From assembly GCA_963677925.2 (NCBI GenBank), contig CAXXYH010000004.1:2304001-2368000 (forward strand): DNA of 64,000 nucleotides, in the 5' to 3' direction. This document shows positions 49,167 to 56,979 of this stretch, piece after piece. The first letter of the stretch is position 1, and every line of letters begins with the position of its first letter. Below the pieces are notes generated by a model. That model searched no databases. It was not told the DNA's origin and saw nothing but the letters and a program-made list of their open reading frames with translations. The DNA comes from Spirochaetia bacterium (GTDB lineage: Bacteria > Spirochaetota > Spirochaetia > UBA9216). The position numbers were made by a program, and so were the translations under genes.

Positions 49167-49562
49167 TTGAATCAATACCCAATTTTTTTGACATTGAAAA
49201 TTCTATTCATTAATATTGAAATGAGGAGAGAAAAGCTGGAAGCTAAACTGATATTCAGACAATTACTAAGTGTAAACAGTATGATGCGCAGCAGGCTTAT
49301 GGGCTATATAATGAAGACAAATCTATATAGCCTGAAAAATCTTATGTCTTACTGTATAGAAGTCAAATACAAACAGGCCGATGAGCTGAAGGAAATCTAC
49401 GATAAATTACCTGAAAACAGTGTTTACAGCAATTCTACCTCAATGCTTATTGAAAAACTTACATCGATGGAATTCCCAAATAATATTACAGATGAAGAAT
49501 CACTTAAAAAATTTACAGATATAATAGAATTTGAAGTGATTTGTATTCAGCCAGTTAAGTGA
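49167..49562 (+). CDS. Hypothetical protein (start uncertain, possibly 49311)
   Basis: AT-rich ORF with no recognisable motif; TTGACA-17-TAATAT lies inside its predicted 5' end. Confidence 0.45.
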   Translation: MNQYPIFLTLKILFINIEMRREKLEAKLIFRQLLSVNSMMRSRLMGYIMKTNLYSLKNLMSYCIEVKYKQADELKEIYDKLPENSVYSNSTSMLIEKLTSMEFPNNITDEESLKKFTDIIEFEVICIQPVK

Positions 49563-49717
49563 ACAGACTGAGGATCAGGAGGTTAGTCATCAGTTAAACA
49601 GTTTCTCAAACTCGGCATTGAAATTAAAAAAATGGCTCCTGACCCAGTATGAATTAATGCAGCTTGTCTGAGAGTTTGCTTGATGTAATTCAAAGCCTGT
49701 GCTAATCTCAAATTAAT

Positions 49718-50365
49718 ATGACACTATTTCTGTTAACAGCCGTACCGGTCTATTTTATAATCATCGACAGCATGTCTCTTTCCGCACAAATTCCAGTTGC
49801 GGCTAAAATGCGAGACATCCTATATGGTGTATTTGTTTTTGCAGGTTCCGCGGTAATCTACAATATAATCAGAATGAGTTTTATTACTCAGAGTTTCAGT
49901 TACAGCGGTATATTCACTTATTTTCTTATACACGACCATCTGCTTCAGTTTGCTCTCGGGCTGGCTGGAAGTCTTCTTGTTTACGGAACTTCAACGACAG
50001 GTTCAGAATCAGAGCTCTTGAGCAGAAATTTGACGTTTTTTGCAGGCTTCTATCTTCTTTGGCCTGTAAATGATGTCATAATCAGCTACGGTTGGTATAA
50101 CACATACCTGCTTCTTCTGCTTCCGGTACAGAGACTTATTGTGATTTCAGCAGCTGCCTTCCTGATGACTTACTCCGTAAACTTTGAAGGCTGGAAGAAA
50201 GGATTAATTATTGCATCCACTCTGCTTCTACCGTTGTTAAATACATGTGCGGCTATGTTGTGGAGACTCTCTATGGATGTATTTTCTATAATTCTTACCA
50301 TTGTGCTTCTTATCAGCTCAACAGCTCTGTTTGTCATGAAATATAAAAAAAGGATTACTGCGTAA
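49718..50365 (+). CDS. Hypothetical polytopic membrane protein
   Basis: 215 aa, about 7 hydrophobic segments. Confidence 0.7.
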   Translation: MTLFLLTAVPVYFIIIDSMSLSAQIPVAAKMRDILYGVFVFAGSAVIYNIIRMSFITQSFSYSGIFTYFLIHDHLLQFALGLAGSLLVYGTSTTGSESELLSRNLTFFAGFYLLWPVNDVIISYGWYNTYLLLLLPVQRLIVISAAAFLMTYSVNFEGWKKGLIIASTLLLPLLNTCAAMLWRLSMDVFSIILTIVLLISSTALFVMKYKKRITA

Positions 50366-50401
50366 TAGCAGTAATCCCTGTAATTCCCGGTTAGCTGTAT
50401 T

Positions 50402-51740
50402 CTATCCGAAAAAACCTGCGTGAAGTTTACTTATGGCATCAGCTGTATGCTTTTCCGGAACTACTAGTGTCAGATTGATTCTTGATGCACCAAGAGAAAT
50501 CATTCTGATTGGAATTCCCTCAAGTGTTTGAAAAATTCTGGCTACAACGGCTGAATCCTTCCATAAATCTTCACCGACAAGACAAACAATACTCTTATCA
50601 GTCTCAACATTAACCCTGCCGAAAAGATTTAATTCTGCGGTTATTGCTTCCAGTTTGCTCTGATTCTCAATGGTCATTGAAACAGAGACTTCTGATGTTG
50701 TAACTATGTCGACTGAAGTCTTGTATTTTTCAAAAACCGCAAAAATTTTGGCAAGAAAAACCATAAGCGTTTACCATCCTGCCGGTTTTAATCTCGATAA
50801 GGGTTATGTTCTTTTTACCGGATATAGCTTTTAGACCGGTTTTTCCTGATGAAGGAGCAATAGTTGTGTAAATTCCGTCGGGATCATTTGTACTTTTTAC
50901 AAGAACCGGAATTTCACGGTCGACGGCAGGAACAATTGTTGATGGATGCACTACCTTTGCACCGAAGAATGCGAGCTCGGCTGCTTCATCATAACTGACC
51001 TGAGGAATTGTCTGTGCCTCGGGAACTATACGCGGATCGGTAGTCATTATACCGTTTACATCTGTCCATATCTGAACTTCTTCTGCATCAAGTGCCGCAC
51101 CGTATATTGTCGCCGAATAATCCGAACCGCCGCGCCCGAGAGTTGTTGTTGCTCCGTCAAGATTTGTAGCAATAAACCCCTGTGCGACATAAAGCTTTCC
51201 TGCCACCGCAGAAACCGCCCCGCGGATCAGTTCGCCGGTTTTATCCATATATGGCAGAGCAGAATTAAAGTTATCGTCTGTTTTTACAAGCTTTCGTGAA
51301 TCAAGAAGGGTTGTCTCAATTCCACGTTCCCTTGCCCTGGCTGCAATCAGGGTAGTAGCAAGCAGTTCGCCAAAGGATAGAATTGCATCTGTGCTTCTTG
51401 GACTGCATTCTCTTAAAAGAGCAAGGCCCTTCACAAGTGAAGATAGTTCAGTAAAAAGTTCTTCAACTCTCTCGGCTGCAAACCGCAGATTATCTCCGCT
51501 TAAAAAACTGTTAATTGCGAAGAAATGGCTGTTTTTAATTTCCTCGAGAATTGAGAATGCCAGTTCCTGATCTCCGGATACCGCAGCCTGTGAAATTGCT
51601 ACCAGTTTGTCGGTTGTTTTTCCCATTGCTGATGAAATCAGAAGCGGTGCCTTATCAAGCTGTTTTTCAGCAATATTAAGGGCTTTGTCGATCATTTCGG
51701 TGTTCTGAACTGAAGTTCCCCCGAATTTCATTACGATCAT
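50402..51740 (-). pseudogene. lysC: Lysine-sensitive aspartokinase III split by a +1 frameshift (pseudogene or assembly error)
   Basis: MKFGGTSV, TTLGRGGSDYSA, IWTDVNG in the upstream ORF; ACT motifs VDIVTTSEVSVS and IRMISLGAS in the overlapping downstream ORF; deleting one T at 50756-50760 fuses them to 445 aa. Confidence 0.85.
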
Positions 51741-51809
51741 ATCGTTCTCCTTGTGTAATGAATATGACCCGAATCATTTAATAAAAGGAAGGTAGACTGG
51801 TTGGTCTGT

Positions 51810-51975
51810 CCAATAGCTCTCCACTTTTAAAGTGACAGTTCCCAAGGTATTAACCTCAGACCCCAGGGGTGAACAACAGGATGTCCATGCCCTTCGGCGG
51901 CGGCCCCTTTCAAATCTGCAGTATGAAATCCTGTTTTCTATGCAGCTTACTGATGACCAACCGCGCCTCTATTGA
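51810..51975 (-). promoter_or_regulatory. Lysine riboswitch (L-box)
   Basis: AGAGGCGCG...AGTA...AAAGG...CGCCGAA...ACTGTC...GGAGAGCT with P1 CAATAG/CTATTG, upstream of lysC. Confidence 0.93.
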
Positions 51976-52087
51976 CCCGGAAAAAATTATAATCCCTTCT
52001 ATCACATCGCCGAATTTAAGTCAATAATCGGCCATGAAGCACTTTGTTATTTGACAACAGGCCTAACAACTGATTAGTATGCTGGTA

Positions 52088-54529
52088 ATGAAAGCATCTG
52101 AGCGTTTATCTGAAGAAGTAATTGAAATTTTAAAAGAGGCTGTCTCTGAAGCCGCAGGAAATGAAGTTATGGCCTGGGGGCGGGTGCTTCATGGAATTAT
52201 CACTGATGTGACAATCGCAGCAAGAGGTGATGAAGGTTCTGTCCCTGCCGTTTTTGCGCATATGCAGAAAGGTGATGTTGTTATTCATAACCACCCGGGA
52301 GGGCTTTTAAAACCTTCATCAGCTGATATGCAGGTGGCTGGACAGCTGGGTGAATCAGGAATAGGCTTTTATATAGTAGATAATGAAGTAAACCGTGTAT
52401 ATGCAGTTGTTGAACCTATAGAATCAACCGAGATCCGGGCGATAAAAACTGATGAGCTTGCAGCTCTCCTGGAGCCTGAAGGCCGAATGTCTCTGGAACT
52501 TGATTCCGGCGGATATTATGAATACCGGCCTCCCCAGGTAGCAATGCTGAAAAGGGTTGCTGAAAGTTTTAATGAAAGCAGGGTCTGCATTGCCGAAGCC
52601 GGAACAGGAGTCGGAAAATCAATGGCTTATCTTCTGCCGGCAATAAACTGGGCTGATATGAATAATGAACGGGTTGTTGTTTCTACTGCAACTATAAACC
52701 TTCAGCATCAGCTGCTTGATAAAGACATCCCTATGGCAAAGAAAGTTCTTGGTTCAAAGTGCAGGGCTGTTCTTGTAAAGGGACGGGGAAATTACATCTG
52801 TCTTAGAAGGCTTGCAGCGGCTCTCGATGAACAGACACTATTTGATGATGGTAATGAAGAACTTCAGTCTATAAAAGACTGGTCTGAGCATACAGCTACC
52901 GGCGTGCGTGAAGATATTCCCTTTTATCCATCAGCCTCAGTATGGAATAATGTAAATTCAGAGGGTGATTCCTGTCAGGGAATACGCTGCCGGAACCGTG
53001 AAAAATGCTTTGTTCTCAAGATGAAGAAGGAAGCCGCTTCAGCAAAACTTCTGGTTGTAAACCATCATCTGCTGTTTTCAGATCTCGCAATGCGTGTAGG
53101 CGGTGCCGGTTTTGAAAACTCGGTTGTTCTGCCCCCATTTTCCAGAATCGTCTTTGATGAAGCGCATAATATGGAGAGCAGCGCTACAAGCTTCTTTTCA
53201 TCAGAGCTGAATATATTTTCTATTATGAAACAGACCGGACTGCTTTACAGCAAGAAGAGGGGCCGAAGCTTCGGAGCTGTAATAAATCTCCAGATAGAGG
53301 CCGGAGCAACTGAGGATGACGAGAAAATACCGGGGATGGTTGAAGATGTCAGGGAGAGTATGCGTAAGCTTGATGAAGCGGCGCTTGAAATCCTCGGCGG
53401 TGAATCAAGTATACGGCTTCGCCGTGGTGCAGAAGAACCGTTCACCGGTATTATTATTCCGTTAATGACGGAGCTTCAGCAGCGAATTCTCGACTGTGTT
53501 CAGGCCGTTGAAGGAATAATAAGGCGAATGGATGAAAAAGATCAGGAACTCCCGGTTGTTTTTGATGTCCGGATTCTGCAGCGGCGTCTGGAAGCTCTTG
53601 CTTCGGTTTGCCAGTCATTTACTATGTGGGATGAGAAACCGGGTGATGTCTTCTGGGTCGAAAAAAAGAAGGGCAGCAGCGGAGAACCCTTCGTCCGCTT
53701 TGTGGTTACTCCTCTTGATATTTCGCATATGATGCGTGAGGCTGTTTTCGGACCTTATGAAACAGTTGTATGTACATCTGCAACTATTTCAGTTAACCGG
53801 GATTTCAGGTTCTGGGCCTCCAGGGTAGGTCTTAGCGGCTTTGAAGATAGGGAGGTCTCTGCTTCTGTTTTTAATTCGCCATTTCCATACAGAGAAAATG
53901 TCCTTCTATGTCTGCCGCAGGATGCACCGGATCCGGCTGATCCTTCCTACGGCTTTTTTGTATCGGATTTTATAATTAAGCTGCTTGAAGTATCCGAGGG
54001 CAGGGCGCTTCTGCTTTTTACTTCATACAGGGCATTGTCGGATACTTACGAGGCTGTCAAACCCTCACTCGACCAGCTTGGCATAACATCCCTGAAGCAG
54101 GGGGATGATGACAGGAGCCGTCTGCTTGAAAAGTTTAAGACAGATACAGCCAGCGTTCTTTTTGCAACCAGTTCGTTCTGGGAGGGGATAGATACTCCTG
54201 GTGATTCGCTGAAAGTTGTAATTATCTGCAAACTTCCGTTTATGGTTCCGACTGATCCGGTTATTTCAGCCCGAATGGAAGCAATAGAGGCAAGAGGCGG
54301 AAACCAGTTTATGGAGTTCATGCTTCCTGAGGCCGTAATTAAATTCAAGCAGGGGTTCGGCAGGCTGATGAGACGTTCAACGGATTCAGGAGTAGTAGCT
54401 GTTCTTGACTCACGTCTACTGACCAAGGCTTACGGCAGAATCTTCATTAACTCGCTTCCGGAAACCGGGAAATCAGTGAAACAGTCGGAACATGTTCTCG
54501 CTGATGCTGAAAATTTTCTTTATAAATAA
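52088..54529 (+). CDS. DinG/YoaA family Fe-S helicase with N-terminal JAB (RadC-like) domain
   Basis: HNHPGG-x4-S-x2-D, AGTGVGKS, DEAH, FWEGID, QGFGRLMR; start 52079 or 52088. Confidence 0.9.
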   Translation: MKASERLSEEVIEILKEAVSEAAGNEVMAWGRVLHGIITDVTIAARGDEGSVPAVFAHMQKGDVVIHNHPGGLLKPSSADMQVAGQLGESGIGFYIVDNEVNRVYAVVEPIESTEIRAIKTDELAALLEPEGRMSLELDSGGYYEYRPPQVAMLKRVAESFNESRVCIAEAGTGVGKSMAYLLPAINWADMNNERVVVSTATINLQHQLLDKDIPMAKKVLGSKCRAVLVKGRGNYICLRRLAAALDEQTLFDDGNEELQSIKDWSEHTATGVREDIPFYPSASVWNNVNSEGDSCQGIRCRNREKCFVLKMKKEAASAKLLVVNHHLLFSDLAMRVGGAGFENSVVLPPFSRIVFDEAHNMESSATSFFSSELNIFSIMKQTGLLYSKKRGRSFGAVINLQIEAGATEDDEKIPGMVEDVRESMRKLDEAALEILGGESSIRLRRGAEEPFTGIIIPLMTELQQRILDCVQAVEGIIRRMDEKDQELPVVFDVRILQRRLEALASVCQSFTMWDEKPGDVFWVEKKKGSSGEPFVRFVVTPLDISHMMREAVFGPYETVVCTSATISVNRDFRFWASRVGLSGFEDREVSASVFNSPFPYRENVLLCLPQDAPDPADPSYGFFVSDFIIKLLEVSEGRALLLFTSYRALSDTYEAVKPSLDQLGITSLKQGDDDRSRLLEKFKTDTASVLFATSSFWEGIDTPGDSLKVVIICKLPFMVPTDPVISARMEAIEARGGNQFMEFMLPEAVIKFKQGFGRLMRRSTDSGVVAVLDSRLLTKAYGRIFINSLPETGKSVKQSEHVLADAENFLYK

Positions 54530-54580
54530 GTTTAATAATTCTAAAAGGGCTGTCAGCTTGGCTTATACACAGTAATTAAT

Positions 54581-54610
54581 AAAAAAAAGGATACCGCATC
54601 GCGGTATCCC
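54581..54610 (-). terminator. Intrinsic terminator of groES
   Basis: GGATACCGC-GAT-GCGGTATCC followed by T8 on the minus strand. Confidence 0.85.
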
Positions 54611-54633
54611 CTGATCTGTATCAGATAAGTAAA

Positions 54634-54900
54634 TTATTCTACTACAGCAAGAACATCAGACATTCTTACAAGAAGGTACTCAACGCCGTCGGCTTCGAGT
54701 TTTGTTCCTGCGTATTTGTCATACATAACTTTATCACCGACTTTTACAGTGATAACATCCTTATCGTCTCCGATTTCTGCAATTACACCGGTATTGGTTT
54801 TTTCCTGTGCTGTCTGAGGAATGTAAAGACTTCCTACTTTCTGAGTATCTTCTGTTTCAAGTTTAACAAGGACTCTGTCGCCCAGAGGTTTAATTTTCAT
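54634..54900 (-). CDS. groES: Co-chaperonin GroES
   Basis: MKIKPLGDRVLV, VKVGDKVMYDKYAGT. Confidence 0.96.
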   Translation of the reverse strand: MKIKPLGDRVLVKLETEDTQKVGSLYIPQTAQEKTNTGVIAEIGDDKDVITVKVGDKVMYDKYAGTKLEADGVEYLLVRMSDVLAVVE

Positions 54901-54961
54901 ATTTCTTTCCTCCTAAAAATGTTCTGAGATTATGATTAAGAAATTCTATTTTTCTGAAAAA

Positions 54962-54990
54962 AATATACGAATGAATCTATTAATGGTCAA
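54962..54990 (-). promoter_or_regulatory. sigma70 promoter of groES
   Basis: TTGACC-17nt-TATATT. Confidence 0.55.
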
Positions 54991-55087
54991 GATAATTTGG
55001 AATATTTAGAAAATATTTTTTATTTGCCATCTTCTGTCAAAAATATTATTTTCTATACAGTAAAGAAGATATGGAAGGGCAAAAATC

Positions 55088-55747
55088 ATGAAGCACTGGA
55101 AAAGAGAGCTGGAGCATGGCCGACAGCTCAATGAAGATGAAAACTATTCAGAAGCTCAGCAGGTTCTTGAGTCTGCTCTTCACGGCTGCCCTGATGAAGA
55201 GATTAAAGCTTCTGCTGAAATCATCTTTGAAATAGGAAGATCCTTCTTCGGACGCGGAATGCGCGGTATAGCAATAAAGAATATGCTGGCTGCTGCAAGA
55301 ATCAGCAGTATTGAATCGCACACCGACAACATGATCAAATGCCTTGTTAATGAATACGGCATGCCCGCTCAGAAATCGAAGGCGGCTGATGATGAGGCTG
55401 CATTTACCGCAGTCCAGCTTTTACGATATCTGAGCACAAAGAAATCAGCTAAATTCGGAACTCTGGCGGAAAAGGATATGGTTCTTGATCTTGTTTCGGA
55501 GGCCTGGTCTGATTTTAAAGATAATTATGAATTATCAGGTTTATCCGCCAGGCAGAAAGTTCACAGTTTCAAATGCTACGTCATAATCTTCCCCTCTTTC
55601 AGTGTTCCCGATTCAGATTTCTATGCTGATGAAAACATTATTTTCCATGATTTCGGGAACGATTCATGCAGCTGCGGAAGCGGATTACCCTATATGTGGT
55701 GCTGCGGGCGCATAAAATCGCTCGATGAGATAGAAAACGGGAAATAA
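55088..55747 (+). CDS. Hypothetical protein with TPR-like N-terminus and SEC-C metal-binding motif
   Basis: C-terminal CSCGSGLPYMWCCG. Confidence 0.75.
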   Translation: MKHWKRELEHGRQLNEDENYSEAQQVLESALHGCPDEEIKASAEIIFEIGRSFFGRGMRGIAIKNMLAAARISSIESHTDNMIKCLVNEYGMPAQKSKAADDEAAFTAVQLLRYLSTKKSAKFGTLAEKDMVLDLVSEAWSDFKDNYELSGLSARQKVHSFKCYVIIFPSFSVPDSDFYADENIIFHDFGNDSCSCGSGLPYMWCCGRIKSLDEIENGK

Positions 55748-55777
55748 TGACCCAAAATGAGTGCCTTTTTTTATCAC

Positions 55778-55794
55778 TGTGTCAAATTGATACA
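55778..55794. promoter_or_regulatory. Putative enhancer (bEBP upstream activating sequence)
   Basis: Near-palindrome TGTGTCAA-A-TTGATACA about 100 bp upstream of the -24 element. Confidence 0.5.
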
Positions 55795-55888
55795 ATTGGT
55801 ATTAAGGCTGTTTATTACTTATCTTAATGTTTTTTTGTAAATGCTTATATTGTAAAGAAATATTACATTTTGTCTGATCTTGTTTTTT

Positions 55889-55904
55889 TGGCATGCTACC
55901 TGCT
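55889..55904 (+). promoter_or_regulatory. sigma54 (-24/-12) promoter
   Basis: TGGCATGCTACCTGCT, exact GG-N10-GC. Confidence 0.7.
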
Positions 55905-55926
55905 TTATAGTATACGGAGGAACAGA

Positions 55927-56790
55927 ATGAACAAGATTAAGAGTTACGAAGATGAAAACATATTATCTATTTACCTGAAAGAAATAAATAAGATTCCTCT
56001 GTTAACCAGAGAAGAAGAAGATGATTATGCAAGAAGAGCTGCTAAAGGTGAGAAAGCAGCTATCGATGCCCTTGTTAAAGGAAATCTGCGTTTTGTTGTA
56101 AACGTTGCAAAGAAATATCAGAATCAGGGAATGCCATTATCCGATTTGATCAACGAAGGTAATATCGGTTTAATGAATGCTATTGAGAGATATGATGTGG
56201 ATAAGGGATACCATTTTATTTCATATGCAGTATGGTGGATAAGACAGGCTATACTTAAAGCAATCTGTGAGAAGTCCAGAATGATAAGACTTCCTCTTAA
56301 CAGGGCTAATGAACTTGTTCAGATAGAAAAAGCAAGAAAGGTCCTTCTTTCAGACAAAGGAGAAAATCCTGATGTTAATGATATCGCCTGGGCAGTCAAT
56401 ATGGACAGCGAGCATGTTTCCAGTTTAATGAATATTTCACGTGAACATATATCGCTTGAGACTCCTGTTTATGAAGAACGTGATTCTTCACAGCTTGGCG
56501 ATTTTATCGAGGATGAAGATTATACCAGCCCGGAGGAGGCTGCTATATCCAATCAGCTGAGAGAAGATATAAATACAATACTCAGCACCCTTAGTGATAA
56601 GGAAGCTGATATTATTGAACTTCGGTTCGGTCTGAACGGTAAGGCTCCGCTTTCACTTAAGGAAATAGGCGACAGATATAACCTTACTAAGGAAAGAATC
56701 AGACAGATTGAGAAGAAAGCGCTTGCAAGAATGAGACATCCGTCCAGAAGCAAGTATCTTGAAGCTTATGCTGATGTGCAGACAGCTTAA
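55927..56790 (+). CDS. Short sigma70-family factor lacking region 1.1 (RpoS-like alternative sigma)
   Basis: YLKEINKIPLLTREEE, NLRFVVNVAKKY, SYAVWWIRQAI, TKERIRQIE; start MNKIKS after GGAGG. Confidence 0.9.
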   Translation: MNKIKSYEDENILSIYLKEINKIPLLTREEEDDYARRAAKGEKAAIDALVKGNLRFVVNVAKKYQNQGMPLSDLINEGNIGLMNAIERYDVDKGYHFISYAVWWIRQAILKAICEKSRMIRLPLNRANELVQIEKARKVLLSDKGENPDVNDIAWAVNMDSEHVSSLMNISREHISLETPVYEERDSSQLGDFIEDEDYTSPEEAAISNQLREDINTILSTLSDKEADIIELRFGLNGKAPLSLKEIGDRYNLTKERIRQIEKKALARMRHPSRSKYLEAYADVQTA

Positions 56791-56862
56791 TGATGCTGCA
56801 GGATTGTTCAGTAATGCCGGTCATTACGTTAAAAAATGCATATATGTTCTTGTGAGTAGGCA

Positions 56863-56904
56863 AATGCCCTGATGTTATATTGACATTAGGGCATTATTAT
56901 TTTA
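56863..56904 (+). terminator. Long hairpin, probable terminator after the sigma gene
   Basis: AATGCCCTGATGTTA-TAT-TGACATTAGGGCATT followed by a T-rich tract. Confidence 0.65.
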
Positions 56905-56979
56905 CTTTGTTTATTATTTATCTATCCACAATATAATTACATATGCTCTTACTTATAACTTTGGAGGGTTACAATTTTT

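Noticed and set aside
49563-49680. Alternative pairings TCAGGAG/CTCCTGA and CAAACTC/GAGTTTG with an orphan AGGAGG
   Set aside because: Short stems, no start codon after the SD-like run, no match to a riboswitch I recognise
54543-54572. GGGCTGTC half-palindrome resembling the GGCTGAC stems at 12994 and 59666 (possible REP family)
   Set aside because: No complete partner arm; the other two are explained as ordinary terminators
54634-55087. groES without groEL and without a CIRCE element
   Set aside because: Separation of groES from groEL is common in spirochetes; not unusual
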